Shown here: positions 29,191 to 37,895 of the stretch, piece after piece
Position numbering within the stretch: position 1 is the stretch's first letter
Layout: the number at the start of each line of letters is the position of its first letter
Origin: Deltaproteobacteria bacterium
Lineage (GTDB): Bacteria > Desulfobacterota > Syntrophia > Syntrophales > UBA5619
DNA: 40,994 nt
Direction of reading: 5' to 3'
Assembly (NCBI GenBank): GCA_016935075.1
Contig: JAFGRP010000052.1
Location: 1 to 40,994 of the forward strand
Translations under genes and position numbers: made by a program
Notes under the pieces: generated by a model
The model's database searches: none
Seen by the model: only the letters and a program-made list of their open reading frames with translations
What the model was told of the DNA's origin: nothing

Positions 29191-31116
29191 CTATTCCTGA
29201 CCCGTGTCAAAAAACATGCGGATGCGGCGGGCGGTTTCCGCACCGACCCCCTCCACCTGCTGCAAATCCTCAACCGATGCCGCCCGGACCCGCCTCACGT
29301 CGCCGAAGAAAACGAGGAGCGCCTTCCTCCGCGCGGGGCCGATGCCCGGGATCCGGTCCAGAAGCGATTGCAGATCCGCCTTTTCCTTGATCTTCCGGTG
29401 GTAGGCGACGGCGAAGCGGTGTGCCTCGTCTCGGATCCGCTGGAGGAGGAAGAGGGCCGCGGGCCAGCGTGTGAGGTAAACGGGATCCTTCCGGCCCGGG
29501 AGATAGACGCGGTCCTCCTCTTTTCCCGGCGTCTGCGTTCGGCGACCCGGACCTGCAACCGGGGCAGGATCCCCGCTTTTCCCTTTGGCGTTCCCGGATG
29601 AATCGGTGCCTGCCGGGTCATCCCCGGCGATGTGCATCTCCCCGTCGTCTCGTTCCTTGGCCAGACCGATCACATCCAACCCCCCGATCCCGAGGTCCCT
29701 GAGGACGGCGAGAGCGACGCCAAGCTGCCCCTTCCCCCCGTCCACCATGATCAGATCGGGGAGGTTCTCCCGTTTTTCATAGCGCCGTCTCAGGACCTCG
29801 TACATCATCGCGTAGTCGTCGGCGCCGGGGACCGTCCGGATACGGAAGCGGCGGTACCCCTCCTTCGCGGGGACGCCGGCCGTGAAAGCGACCAGCGAAC
29901 CGACCGCATATTTCCCGCCGATGTTGGAGATGTCGAAGCACTCGATCCGCCGGGGGGCACTGTGAAGATGGAGTTTCGCCGCGAGCAGCCGGAGCGCCTC
30001 CTCGGGGCGGTCGGCGGCCAGGCGCGCGGTCTTGAGGGCGTTTTCCGCATTCCGCCCGGCGATTCCGACGAGCGCGAGACTCTCCCCCCGCTTCGGAGAA
30101 ACGAGGTTCACTCCCCTCCCCTTCTTCTCCGCAAGCCATTCCGCCAGAGCCTCGCCGTCTTCCAGCGCCGTCGGCACGACGACCTCGTCCGGGATATCCG
30201 CGACGCCGTCGTAATACCGCAGCAGCAGGGAGGAGAGGATCTCTCCGGTTTCAGCCCGGAGGCGGATCAGGGGGAAGGTCTTCTGGCCGATCATCCGGCC
30301 GCCGCGGACGAAGAGAACCGCGACCTGCGTCAGATCCCCCTCCCGGCAGAGGCCGAAAACGTCCCGGTTCCTGCCGGTCATGGAGACGATCCGCTGCCGC
30401 TCTAAAGTCTCCTCGACGGCCCCGATCCGGTCCCGGATGGCGGCCGCCTCCTCGAAACGAAGTTCCTCTGCCGCCGCGTTCATCCGGTCGTGAAGATCGC
30501 CGATCAGCGCCCTCTCCCGGCCTTCGAGAAAGGCGATGCCGTCCTTCACGAGGCGATGATAGGCGGCGGGCTCGATCCGGCCGACGCAGGGGGCACAGCA
30601 GCGCCCGATCTCGAATTCGAGGCAGGGGCGGCGGCGGGCCTTCAGCTCCCGGTCCCGGCAGCTTCTCAGGGGCAGGATCGTCTGGAGGAAGCGGAGGGTC
30701 TCCTTCGCGGCAGCGCCGGAGGGATAGGGGCCGAAATAGCGTGCGCCGTCCTTTTTCGGACGGCGCACGAGCTGAAAGCGGGGAAAGGATTCGGACGGAT
30801 CGATCCGGATGTTGTAATAGGACTTGTCGTCCCGGAAAAAGACGTTGTAGTGCGGCCGGTGCTCTTTGATCAGGTTGTTCTCAAGGATCAGCGCCTCTTT
30901 TTCCGTCCCGGTGAGAATGAACTCCAGATCCCGGACCCGGGAAACGAGGAAGGGAATCATCGCCCTGGAGTCGGTCCTGGCAAAATAGGCCCGGATCCTC
31001 GCCTTCAAGTCCCGGGCTTTTCCCACGTAGAGGACCGCCCCCGTCCCGTCCTTCATGAGATAGACGCCGGGACCGCGGGGGGCGTGCCGGATCTTCGTTT
31101 CCAGATCTCCGGTCAT
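29191..31116 (-). CDS. uvrC: excinuclease ABC subunit C
   Basis: GIY-YIG (PGVYLMK..LYVGKA), IECFDISN, DGGKGQL, RDEAHRFA, HhH tail. Confidence 0.96.
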   Translation of the reverse strand: MTGDLETKIRHAPRGPGVYLMKDGTGAVLYVGKARDLKARIRAYFARTDSRAMIPFLVSRVRDLEFILTGTEKEALILENNLIKEHRPHYNVFFRDDKSYYNIRIDPSESFPRFQLVRRPKKDGARYFGPYPSGAAAKETLRFLQTILPLRSCRDRELKARRRPCLEFEIGRCCAPCVGRIEPAAYHRLVKDGIAFLEGRERALIGDLHDRMNAAAEELRFEEAAAIRDRIGAVEETLERQRIVSMTGRNRDVFGLCREGDLTQVAVLFVRGGRMIGQKTFPLIRLRAETGEILSSLLLRYYDGVADIPDEVVVPTALEDGEALAEWLAEKKGRGVNLVSPKRGESLALVGIAGRNAENALKTARLAADRPEEALRLLAAKLHLHSAPRRIECFDISNIGGKYAVGSLVAFTAGVPAKEGYRRFRIRTVPGADDYAMMYEVLRRRYEKRENLPDLIMVDGGKGQLGVALAVLRDLGIGGLDVIGLAKERDDGEMHIAGDDPAGTDSSGNAKGKSGDPAPVAGPGRRTQTPGKEEDRVYLPGRKDPVYLTRWPAALFLLQRIRDEAHRFAVAYHRKIKEKADLQSLLDRIPGIGPARRKALLVFFGDVRRVRAASVEDLQQVEGVGAETARRIRMFFDTGQE

Positions 31117-31129
31117 GAACTTCGAGCCG

Positions 31130-32335
31130 TCACTTCCTCGTTTCCGCGCCCATTTTCTTCTGCAGGGCATCGCCAAGGGAACCGAAGGAGCCTGAGGTCT
31201 TGCCCACGTACTTGCTGAAATCCTCCGGTTCCTCCTCCCGCTCCTCTTCGGCGTCCCCGGCCAATGCCAGCGAGATGCGCTTGGCCTCCCGGTCGATCTT
31301 TTCGATCTTCACCGCAACGGCCTGCCCTTCTTTCAGGACCTCGGAGGGGTGGGTGATCCGCTTCCCGCGGCCCAGCCTGGAGATGTGGATCAGGCCGTCC
31401 ACGCCGGGGATCAGGGTCACAAAGGCGCCGAACTTGGTGAGTCGCGCCACGGTTCCCGTAAAGCCCGATCCCTCGGGGAATTCCGCTTCGACCCTTTCCC
31501 AGGGATCGGGGAGGTTCGACCGGAGGCTGAGTGAAATCCGGTTCTTTTCCCAGTCCAGTTTCAGGATGGCCGCCTCGATCTCCTGGCCGATGGCCAGTTT
31601 TTCCGCGATATCGCCCACATGCCCCCAGGCGATTTCGGAGATGGGGATGAGCCCCTGGATGCCGCCGAGATCGACGAAGGCCCCGAACTTCTGGAGGGAA
31701 ACGACTGTCCCCTTCACCGTCATCCCCTCCCGGAGCATCTCTTTCAAGGCATCCTTTTGCCTGGCCTGTTCCTCCTCCAGAAGCGCCCGGTGGGAGACGA
31801 CAACGTTTCGGCCCCGCTCCCCGTACTCGATGATCCGAAAGTTCAGGCGCTTCCCGATCCAGTCCGCCGGCGTCGCCACACGGAAGAGTCCCATCTGGGA
31901 GAAGGGGCAGAATCCCCGGACGTCGCCGGCCACGCGGACCTCAAATCCCCCCTTGACCTCCTTTTCGACCAGCCCCTCCACGGGAATCCCGTTCTGCGCC
32001 GCATCCGCCAGGAAGGTCCGGCCGGCCTCGCCGCTACCGACCTTGGTCGTAAACAGTTTTTCGTTATTCCGGGATGAAAGGAAATAGGCCCGGATCGTCT
32101 CGCCTTCCCTGACCGTCACGTTCCCCTCCGCGTCGAGAAATTCCCGCCGGTCCAGGTAGCCCTCGTGCTTCCCGCCCACGTCGATGAAGACCCATTCCGG
32201 CGTGATCTTCACGATCATCGCCTCCACGCGCTGGCCCGGCTTCAGCCAACCCTGGTCCATCCCACTTTCGTCCAGCAGTTCGGCGAAACTCTTCTCGCCT
32301 TCCCCTTCTTCCATCCTCTGAATGTTTTCCTCCAT
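31130..32335 (-). CDS. rpsA: 30S ribosomal protein S1, short paralog with about four S1 domains
   Basis: SFAELL, repeated FGAFV..G..GLI.IS S1 motifs, C-terminal GSLGDAL. Confidence 0.85.
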   Translation of the reverse strand: MEENIQRMEEGEGEKSFAELLDESGMDQGWLKPGQRVEAMIVKITPEWVFIDVGGKHEGYLDRREFLDAEGNVTVREGETIRAYFLSSRNNEKLFTTKVGSGEAGRTFLADAAQNGIPVEGLVEKEVKGGFEVRVAGDVRGFCPFSQMGLFRVATPADWIGKRLNFRIIEYGERGRNVVVSHRALLEEEQARQKDALKEMLREGMTVKGTVVSLQKFGAFVDLGGIQGLIPISEIAWGHVGDIAEKLAIGQEIEAAILKLDWEKNRISLSLRSNLPDPWERVEAEFPEGSGFTGTVARLTKFGAFVTLIPGVDGLIHISRLGRGKRITHPSEVLKEGQAVAVKIEKIDREAKRISLALAGDAEEEREEEPEDFSKYVGKTSGSFGSLGDALQKKMGAETRK

Positions 32336-32501
32336 GGTTCCCCTCATGCTAAAGAAAATATGATGACTCCGTAAAAAATACGGCCGTGCTTTGCTCAAAA
32401 TGCGCGGCATCTTGCCCCGATCGAAGCGCCCTGTCAAGCGCAAATCACCTTCCCCATTCGCCTGCCTTCGGAAAAGCGGCCGCATCCCCGCTTCCGGATA
32501 C

Positions 32502-33074
32502 TCACCGATCCGGGACGATGATCTCCTCTTCCGTCACGATCCGGTCTGCCGCAACATCATGGGAATCCACCGGAATATCCGCTACGATCTGGCAGGAAAA
32601 TGCCGCCCCGATTCGCGCCGCCCGCGGAACCTCCGGCAGAAAGCGGTCGTAGTAGCCGCCGCCGTAGCCGACACGGTATCCCCGCCGGTCAAAGGCCACG
32701 GCGGGAACGAGGACCGCATCGATCTCTCTTGGCAACACGGGCCGGATGGTCTCTACCTTCGGTTCGCGGATCCCGTAATGGCCGGTTTCCAGCTCCGCAA
32801 AACTGCCGAGCAAACACGGCGTCAGCCCCCGGCCTTCCGGGCGGCAGAGGGGAATGACGATCCGCTTCCCCGCATCCCATCCCCAGCGAAGCAGATCGTC
32901 GATCAGGACTTCGCTCCCGAAGCTGAGGAAGACCATCAGCGTGGACGCTTCCCGGAGTTCCCGGAGCTCCGTAAGCCGCCGGACGATCGCGCCGCTCTTC
33001 GCCGCGATCTCCTCCGCGGTTAGACCATCCCGGTGCGCAAGGACCCTTTTACGGATATCAGCCTTCAGATTCAT
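32502..33074 (-). CDS. ygfA: 5-formyltetrahydrofolate cyclo-ligase
   Basis: KADIRK, SEV, GIREP, VPAVAFDRRGYRVGYGGGYYDRFL. Confidence 0.93.
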   Translation of the reverse strand: MNLKADIRKRVLAHRDGLTAEEIAAKSGAIVRRLTELRELREASTLMVFLSFGSEVLIDDLLRWGWDAGKRIVIPLCRPEGRGLTPCLLGSFAELETGHYGIREPKVETIRPVLPREIDAVLVPAVAFDRRGYRVGYGGGYYDRFLPEVPRAARIGAAFSCQIVADIPVDSHDVAADRIVTEEEIIVPDR

Positions 33075-33295
33075 TGCCGGTAACTTTCTTCCTAACGACA
33101 AGCCGCTCGCTTCACGCCCGCTAACGCAAGGATGCGGTGTCCCCAAGGCATGCAATCATTTTTCTTTATCACGCCATCATGTCGATATCGCGAATTTCAA
33201 TCCCTTGGCGTGCTCCACGGCTGAGCAACATATCACAAATTGTGATATCCTCATGGCCTCCTCGCGGGTCAGCCCGGAAGAGCCGCTGCTCCCGT

Positions 33296-35299
33296 CTACC
33301 CCTCGCCGCCCATCTCGAGCATCAGCTTCGTCAGGTCGCGGATCCGGTCCCGGAGCTCCGCCGCCCTCTCAAACTCCAGCGCCTTGGCGGCCTGCTTCAT
33401 CTCCTCTTTCAATTTCCGGATCACGACGGGAAGCTCCTTCTCGGAGGCATAGGCCGCGGCCTCTTCCGAGACCACCGGTACGGTCACATAATCGGCCTCA
33501 TAGACGGAGCCGAGGATCCGGCGGATCTCGGTCCTGATGGTCTCCGGCGTGATCCCGTGCTCCTCGTTGAATCGCGCCTGCATGAGCCGCCGCCGTTTTG
33601 TTTCGTCGAGACAGGCCCGGATCGCGGCGGTAATCGTATCGGCGTACATGATCACCTGCCCCGCGACGTTCCGCGCCGCCCGGCCGCTCGTCTGGATCAG
33701 TGAACGGGCGGAGCGGAGGAATCCCTCCTTGTCGGCGTCGAGGATCGCCACGAGGGAGACCTCGGGGATGTCGAGCCCCTCTCTGAGCAGGTTCACGCCG
33801 ATGAGGCAGTCGAACTCGCCCATCCTGAGGTCGCGGATGATCTCCACCCGTTCCAGGGTGTGGACGTCCGAATGGAGGTACTTCACCCGGACGCCCAGCT
33901 CTTCGTAGTATGCGGTCAGGTTCTCCGCCATCCGCTTCGTCAGCGTCGTCACCAGAACGCGCTCTCCCCGTTCGGCCCGTTCCCGGATCTCCGCCAGCAG
34001 GTCGTCCACCTGACCGGTGACCGGCTTCACGACGATCTCCGGGTCCATCAGGCCCGTCGGCCTGATGATCTGCTCCATGGCCCGGCCGCCGGCCCTTTCC
34101 AGTTCGTAGGCCGCGGGCGTCGCGGAGACGCAGATCCGCTGGTTCGGAAAGGCGTCGAACTCGTCGAAGCGGAGCGGCCGGTTGTCCAGCGCCGAGGGAA
34201 GGCGGAAGCCATAGTTGACCAGGGTCTCCTTCCGCGCGCGGTCGCCCCGGTACATCCCGATGAGCTGCGGGATTGTCGCGTGGCTCTCGTCGATAAAGAT
34301 GAGGGCGTCCTTGGGGAGATACTCCATCAGCGTCGGGGGCGGTTGGCCGGGCTTGCGGCCGGTCAGGTGACGGGAGTAGTTCTCGATGCCCGAGCAGTAA
34401 CCCATTTCCTCCATCATTTCGATATCGAAATGGGTCCGCTGCTCCAGGCGTTGCGCCTCGAGGAGCTTGTTTTCCGCGTTGAGCTCCCGGAGCCGCTCAC
34501 CCAGTTCCTCGCGGATCGCCAGGATCGCCCGTTTGAGGTTATCCTGAGTGGTCACGTAGTGGCTGCCGGGGTAGATCGCCGTCCGATGGAGCGACTCCAG
34601 TTTTTTCCCCCGGAGCGGATCGACAATCGAAATCGCCTCCACCGTGTCCCCAAACAACTCCACGCGGATCGCCTTCTCCTCCTCGTAGGGGGGAAAGATC
34701 TCAACGACGTCGCCGCGGACGCGGAAGGTCCCGCGGTGGAAATCGATGTCGTTGCGCTCGTACTGGATCTCGATGAGGCGCGCAAGCATCGCGTCCCTCT
34801 GGATCTCCATCCCCGATTCGAGCAGCAGCAGCATCCCCTGGTAGGCCTCCGGGGAGCCGAGGCCGTAGATGCAGGAGACGCTGGCCACGATAATCACGTC
34901 CCGCCGGTCCAGCAGGTAATGGGTCGCCGCGTGGCGGAGCTTGTCGATCTCCTCGTTGATCGCGGAGTCCTTTTCGATGTAGGTGTCGGTGCTGGGGATG
35001 TAGGCTTCAGGCTGGTAGTAGTCGTAATAGCTGACGAAGTAGGCGACGGCGTTTTCCGGAAAGAGGGCCTTGAACTCCCCGTAGAGCTGGGCGGCGAGGG
35101 TCTTGTTGTGGGCGATGACCAAGGCGGGCCGGTCCACGGCGGCGATCACGTTCGCCATCGTGAAGGTTTTCCCGGAACCGGTCACGCCGAGAAGGACCTG
35201 GTGCTGCTCCCCGTTCTCCAGCCCCTCGACGAGGCCGGCGATCGCCTGCGGCTGATCCCCCCGTGGCTGAAACTCGCTGACCAGCCGAAACCCGCCCAT
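33296..35299 (-). CDS. uvrB: excinuclease ABC subunit B
   Basis: [32 protein letters not shown]-terminal UVR domain. Confidence 0.97.
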   Translation of the reverse strand: MGGFRLVSEFQPRGDQPQAIAGLVEGLENGEQHQVLLGVTGSGKTFTMANVIAAVDRPALVIAHNKTLAAQLYGEFKALFPENAVAYFVSYYDYYQPEAYIPSTDTYIEKDSAINEEIDKLRHAATHYLLDRRDVIIVASVSCIYGLGSPEAYQGMLLLLESGMEIQRDAMLARLIEIQYERNDIDFHRGTFRVRGDVVEIFPPYEEEKAIRVELFGDTVEAISIVDPLRGKKLESLHRTAIYPGSHYVTTQDNLKRAILAIREELGERLRELNAENKLLEAQRLEQRTHFDIEMMEEMGYCSGIENYSRHLTGRKPGQPPPTLMEYLPKDALIFIDESHATIPQLIGMYRGDRARKETLVNYGFRLPSALDNRPLRFDEFDAFPNQRICVSATPAAYELERAGGRAMEQIIRPTGLMDPEIVVKPVTGQVDDLLAEIRERAERGERVLVTTLTKRMAENLTAYYEELGVRVKYLHSDVHTLERVEIIRDLRMGEFDCLIGVNLLREGLDIPEVSLVAILDADKEGFLRSARSLIQTSGRAARNVAGQVIMYADTITAAIRACLDETKRRRLMQARFNEEHGITPETIRTEIRRILGSVYEADYVTVPVVSEEAAAYASEKELPVVIRKLKEEMKQAAKALEFERAAELRDRIRDLTKLMLEMGGEG

Positions 35300-35619
35300 G
35301 TTCGCTCCTCCCCGTGCGCTGTATCCTGCCACAATTTCCCTTCTCTGGCAAGCCGCCATAAAAACCCGGGGACACCATCCCGGTTTACAGGAACCGGTTC
35401 CTCACGGATAAGGGAAAGCTTTTCCCCCATGGTTCATTCTCATCTGAATCGGGAGTTTGGTACGATGGCGGCTTTGAAGGGAGGCGACGTTGAAAAGCGG
35501 TGCCCTTGCGGAAAAGGCACGTAGGATAGCGCAAGGATCGGCTTCATCGGCAATCGCATCTGTTGCATGGAAGGAGGGGCTGCGGTCTGTTCAGGATGGC
35601 GCAGCCCCTCCTCCGATTT

Positions 35620-36087
35620 TCAGCTTGCGATCGTCGTACAATCACCGGGCCCGTAACCGGTGCCGTTCTTGGGACCGTCTCCACCGTTTCCCGTGCCGTC
35701 GCCGGGACCGTGCCCCAAACCGCTGCCGGCGCCGTCCGCCGTGCCGCCGCCGCCCGCACCGCTGCCGCTGCCCGTGCCATCGCAGGAGCCGTCTCCGGAA
35801 CCGTTCCCGCCGGCTGCACCGCCATTGCCGGAACCGTTGCCTCCCCGGGCCAGGATGAAATGAACATCCGCACTGACGGCCGCACATTCACCGGGGCCGT
35901 AACCCGTACCATCCTTGGGACCGTTGCCACCATTGCCCGCACCGTTACCGGGGCCGTGCCCCGCTCCCTTGGCGAGAACGAAACGACCCTCCGCACTCAT
36001 GCCGGCTCCGTTCGAACTCCAGGCCGGAACAGTCAAAAGGAACAGAACCATGACTGAAAAACCGATCATCCACACACGCTTCATCAT
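35620..36087 (-). CDS. secreted glycine-rich protein with two 26-aa internal repeats
   Basis: GGGAGG RBS, Sec signal (MMKRVWMIGFSVMVLFLLTVPAWS), repeats GHGPG(N/D)G(A/T)GNGG(N/D)GPK(D/N)GTGYGPG(E/D)C; ECF-type promoter upstream. Confidence 0.8.
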   Translation of the reverse strand: MMKRVWMIGFSVMVLFLLTVPAWSSNGAGMSAEGRFVLAKGAGHGPGNGAGNGGNGPKDGTGYGPGECAAVSADVHFILARGGNGSGNGGAAGGNGSGDGSCDGTGSGSGAGGGGTADGAGSGLGHGPGDGTGNGGDGPKNGTGYGPGDCTTIAS

Positions 36088-36209
36088 CTTACCTCCCATC
36101 CGTAAATTGTTGTTTGCCGTTTCGACCATTTCCTCCTCCCTGGAAACCGGAGGATTCGCATCAGGTCCCCGCAGGCGGCATTGCCCATCAAGCCGCCTTT
36201 TATGCCTCT

Positions 36210-36237
36210 ACAACGCGCCGCCCGCGGAAAGGTTACA
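36210..36237 (-). promoter_or_regulatory. ECF sigma promoter (drives Gly-rich gene)
   Basis: TGTAACC (36237-36231), N15, CGTTGT. Confidence 0.75.
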
Positions 36238-36417
36238 GGACTTTTTCAGCCCCGGGACAAGGACTCGATTTACAGGGAGATTCTCTCCTGATACGTATTG
36301 CCGGACCATTATCGGATTTACTCGTGCGGACGATTCATATATACTTCCACATCCGGGAAATCCTATTGGGTCCGCTACCAATTTAAGGTTTCTGCGACTT
36401 TTTATGAAGGTGCCGCG

Positions 36418-36445
36418 TGTAACCTTATGGCCCGCACGCCGTTAT
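36418..36445 (+). promoter_or_regulatory. ECF sigma autoregulatory promoter
   Basis: TGTAACC (36418-36424), N15, CGTTAT. Confidence 0.75.
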
Positions 36446-36455
36446 AAGGGTGAGC

Positions 36456-36932
36456 ATGGGTGAATATTCGCTGTTTTATCGGGATTGCAAAAACAGGATC
36501 TTCAACTATCTGATGCGCTTGACGGGCGATTCCGGTTTGGCCGGAGACATCATGCAGGAGACCTTTGCGCGGCATATCGAACATTACGGACGGGATAACC
36601 GGGACATCGCCCTGCTCTACAGGATCGCCCGGAATCTCTTTACGGACGAATGGAGAAGACGAAAGCATTTTACGGCCGGAGAAATGGAAGGTGAAGAACC
36701 CTTCCTGGACCAGGAGCATCGTCTCATGGTCCGGTCCGAATACCGCCGGGTGCTCTCCGCCATGAAGTTGCTCGACGAGGACGAGCGGGAGATTCTGGCC
36801 CTTGCCGCAGGCGAAGATCTCTCCTACAGGGAGATCGCGGCCCTCGTCGGCATCAGCGAGGTCAACGTGAAGGTAAAGGTTCACCGGGCGCGCCTCAAAC
36901 TCAGGGAAAAACTCAAGGAGGGAGACGGATGA
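36456..36932 (+). CDS. ECF RNA polymerase sigma-70 family factor
   Basis: Region 2 (AGDIMQETF..LYRIARN) and region 4 (LSYREIAALVGISEVNVKVKVHRAR); start is ATG 36456 or GTG 36450. Confidence 0.93.
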   Translation: MGEYSLFYRDCKNRIFNYLMRLTGDSGLAGDIMQETFARHIEHYGRDNRDIALLYRIARNLFTDEWRRRKHFTAGEMEGEEPFLDQEHRLMVRSEYRRVLSAMKLLDEDEREILALAAGEDLSYREIAALVGISEVNVKVKVHRARLKLREKLKEGDG

Positions 36933-37489
36933 GTTCCCACATGATCAGCATGTTCATCGACGACGAATTGACCCTCGACGACAAGATTGATTTCGTAGAG
37001 ACCATCCATGAATCGAGACCGTTCAAGGAGGAAACGGTCGAACTCCTCCAACAGGAACGGCTGCTTCGATCCGATCCTGTCGATCGTTACCCGGCAGCGG
37101 AAATCAGACCGAAACGTTTGTTTCCCCTTCGTTTTCTCCGCCCTCTCGGACTTGTGACCGCCGGAGCGGCGCTGTCGCTGCTCATCCTGTTTTTTCCCTT
37201 CACCCCGGACAAGGCGCCCGACACCCCCTATCGTTTCATCCTCTACCGCCCCGACGTCAGCCGCGTCGATATCACGGGCAGTTTCACCGGCTGGAAGACG
37301 GTTCCCATGAAACGGGCGGGTTTGAGCGGTTACTGGGAATACACCTCCAACCTGCCGCGCGGAGAACACCGGTTCGCTTACATTCTCAACGGCGCGGTGC
37401 GGCTGCCCGACCCGACCATCCAGACGCGGGAGGGAGATGATTTCGGCAGCGAGAATACCGTCCTCTCCATCGGAGGAACGGCTCTATGA
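36929..37489 (+). CDS. putative anti-sigma factor: Cys-less ZAS-like N-terminus, one TM helix, C-terminal glycogen-binding-like (CBM48/AMPK1_CBM) domain
   Basis: ISMFIDDEL; TM LGLVTAGAALSLLILFFPF; VDITGSFTGW..PM..GYW..LPRGEHRFAYILNG..PDP..DDFGSEN; ATGA overlap with sigma gene. Confidence 0.82.
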   Translation: MSSHMISMFIDDELTLDDKIDFVETIHESRPFKEETVELLQQERLLRSDPVDRYPAAEIRPKRLFPLRFLRPLGLVTAGAALSLLILFFPFTPDKAPDTPYRFILYRPDVSRVDITGSFTGWKTVPMKRAGLSGYWEYTSNLPRGEHRFAYILNGAVRLPDPTIQTREGDDFGSENTVLSIGGTAL

Positions 37490-37812
37490 TGCCTCTTCTT
37501 GCACGGCTCCTGACGATCGCTTTTCTCATTACCGGATGTGCGGGCCATTCCTTCAGCAGGGAGGGCGGCCGGGTTCACCTCCGCCTGAGGGACGGACTTG
37601 CCCGTGAAGTTCTTTTCTTCTCCTCTCTGGAGGGCTTCGGGCTCCAAAGGGCGCAGAAAACGGACGAAACGACCTGGGAGGTGACCGTCCCGAACAGCAG
37701 AGAGTTTACCTACTTCTACATCGTTGACGGAAAAGTTCATCTCCCCGACTGTCGATACCGGGAGAAAGACGATTTCGGGGCATACAACTGTTTATACAAG
37801 CCCGACACGTAG
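37486..37812 (+). CDS. lipoprotein with divergent glycogen-binding-like domain
   Basis: Lipobox ITGC; WEVTVP..FTYFYIVDG..PDC..KDDFGAYN parallels the upstream CBM-like domain; ATGA overlap. Confidence 0.78.
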   Translation: MMPLLARLLTIAFLITGCAGHSFSREGGRVHLRLRDGLAREVLFFSSLEGFGLQRAQKTDETTWEVTVPNSREFTYFYIVDGKVHLPDCRYREKDDFGAYNCLYKPDT

Positions 37813-37837
37813 TGTTTCTGAACCGGACCGGAAATTT

Positions 37838-37865
37838 TGTAACCAGGACCCGTTTCTCACGTTTT
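37838..37865 (+). promoter_or_regulatory. ECF sigma promoter (drives 37896 gene)
   Basis: TGTAACC (37838-37844), N15, CGTTTT. Confidence 0.75.
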
Positions 37866-37895
37866 ATGAACAAAAGACCAAAAGGAGTCTGAACA

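Noticed and set aside
33075-33150. THF riboswitch, attC half-site or degenerate 27-bp repeat upstream of 5-FCL
   Set aside because: THF-like words (CGCATCC, GCGTTA) are in the wrong order; GTTAGGA has no complementary R box; GATGCGGTGTCCCC matches the repeat only with a 5-nt deletion
35380-35402. LexA/SOS box upstream of uvrB (GGTTTACAGGAACC, GGAACCGGTTCC)
   Set aside because: Spacing matches neither GAAC-N4-GTTC nor the Geobacter-type box as I recall it
883-35524. Long antisense or alternate-frame ORFs (e.g. 883-1845, 2123-3193, 5224-7185, 19586-20836, 24041-25267, 33860-35524)
   Set aside because: Shadows of well-supported genes on the opposite strand in high-GC DNA; no recognisable motifs
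35544-36057. Ala/Thr/Val-rich and Pro-rich alternative ORFs over the Gly-rich gene (and poly-Ala ORFs at 38560-38994)
   Set aside because: Frame shadows of Gly-rich codons; only the Gly-rich frames have an RBS, a signal peptide and a matching promoter
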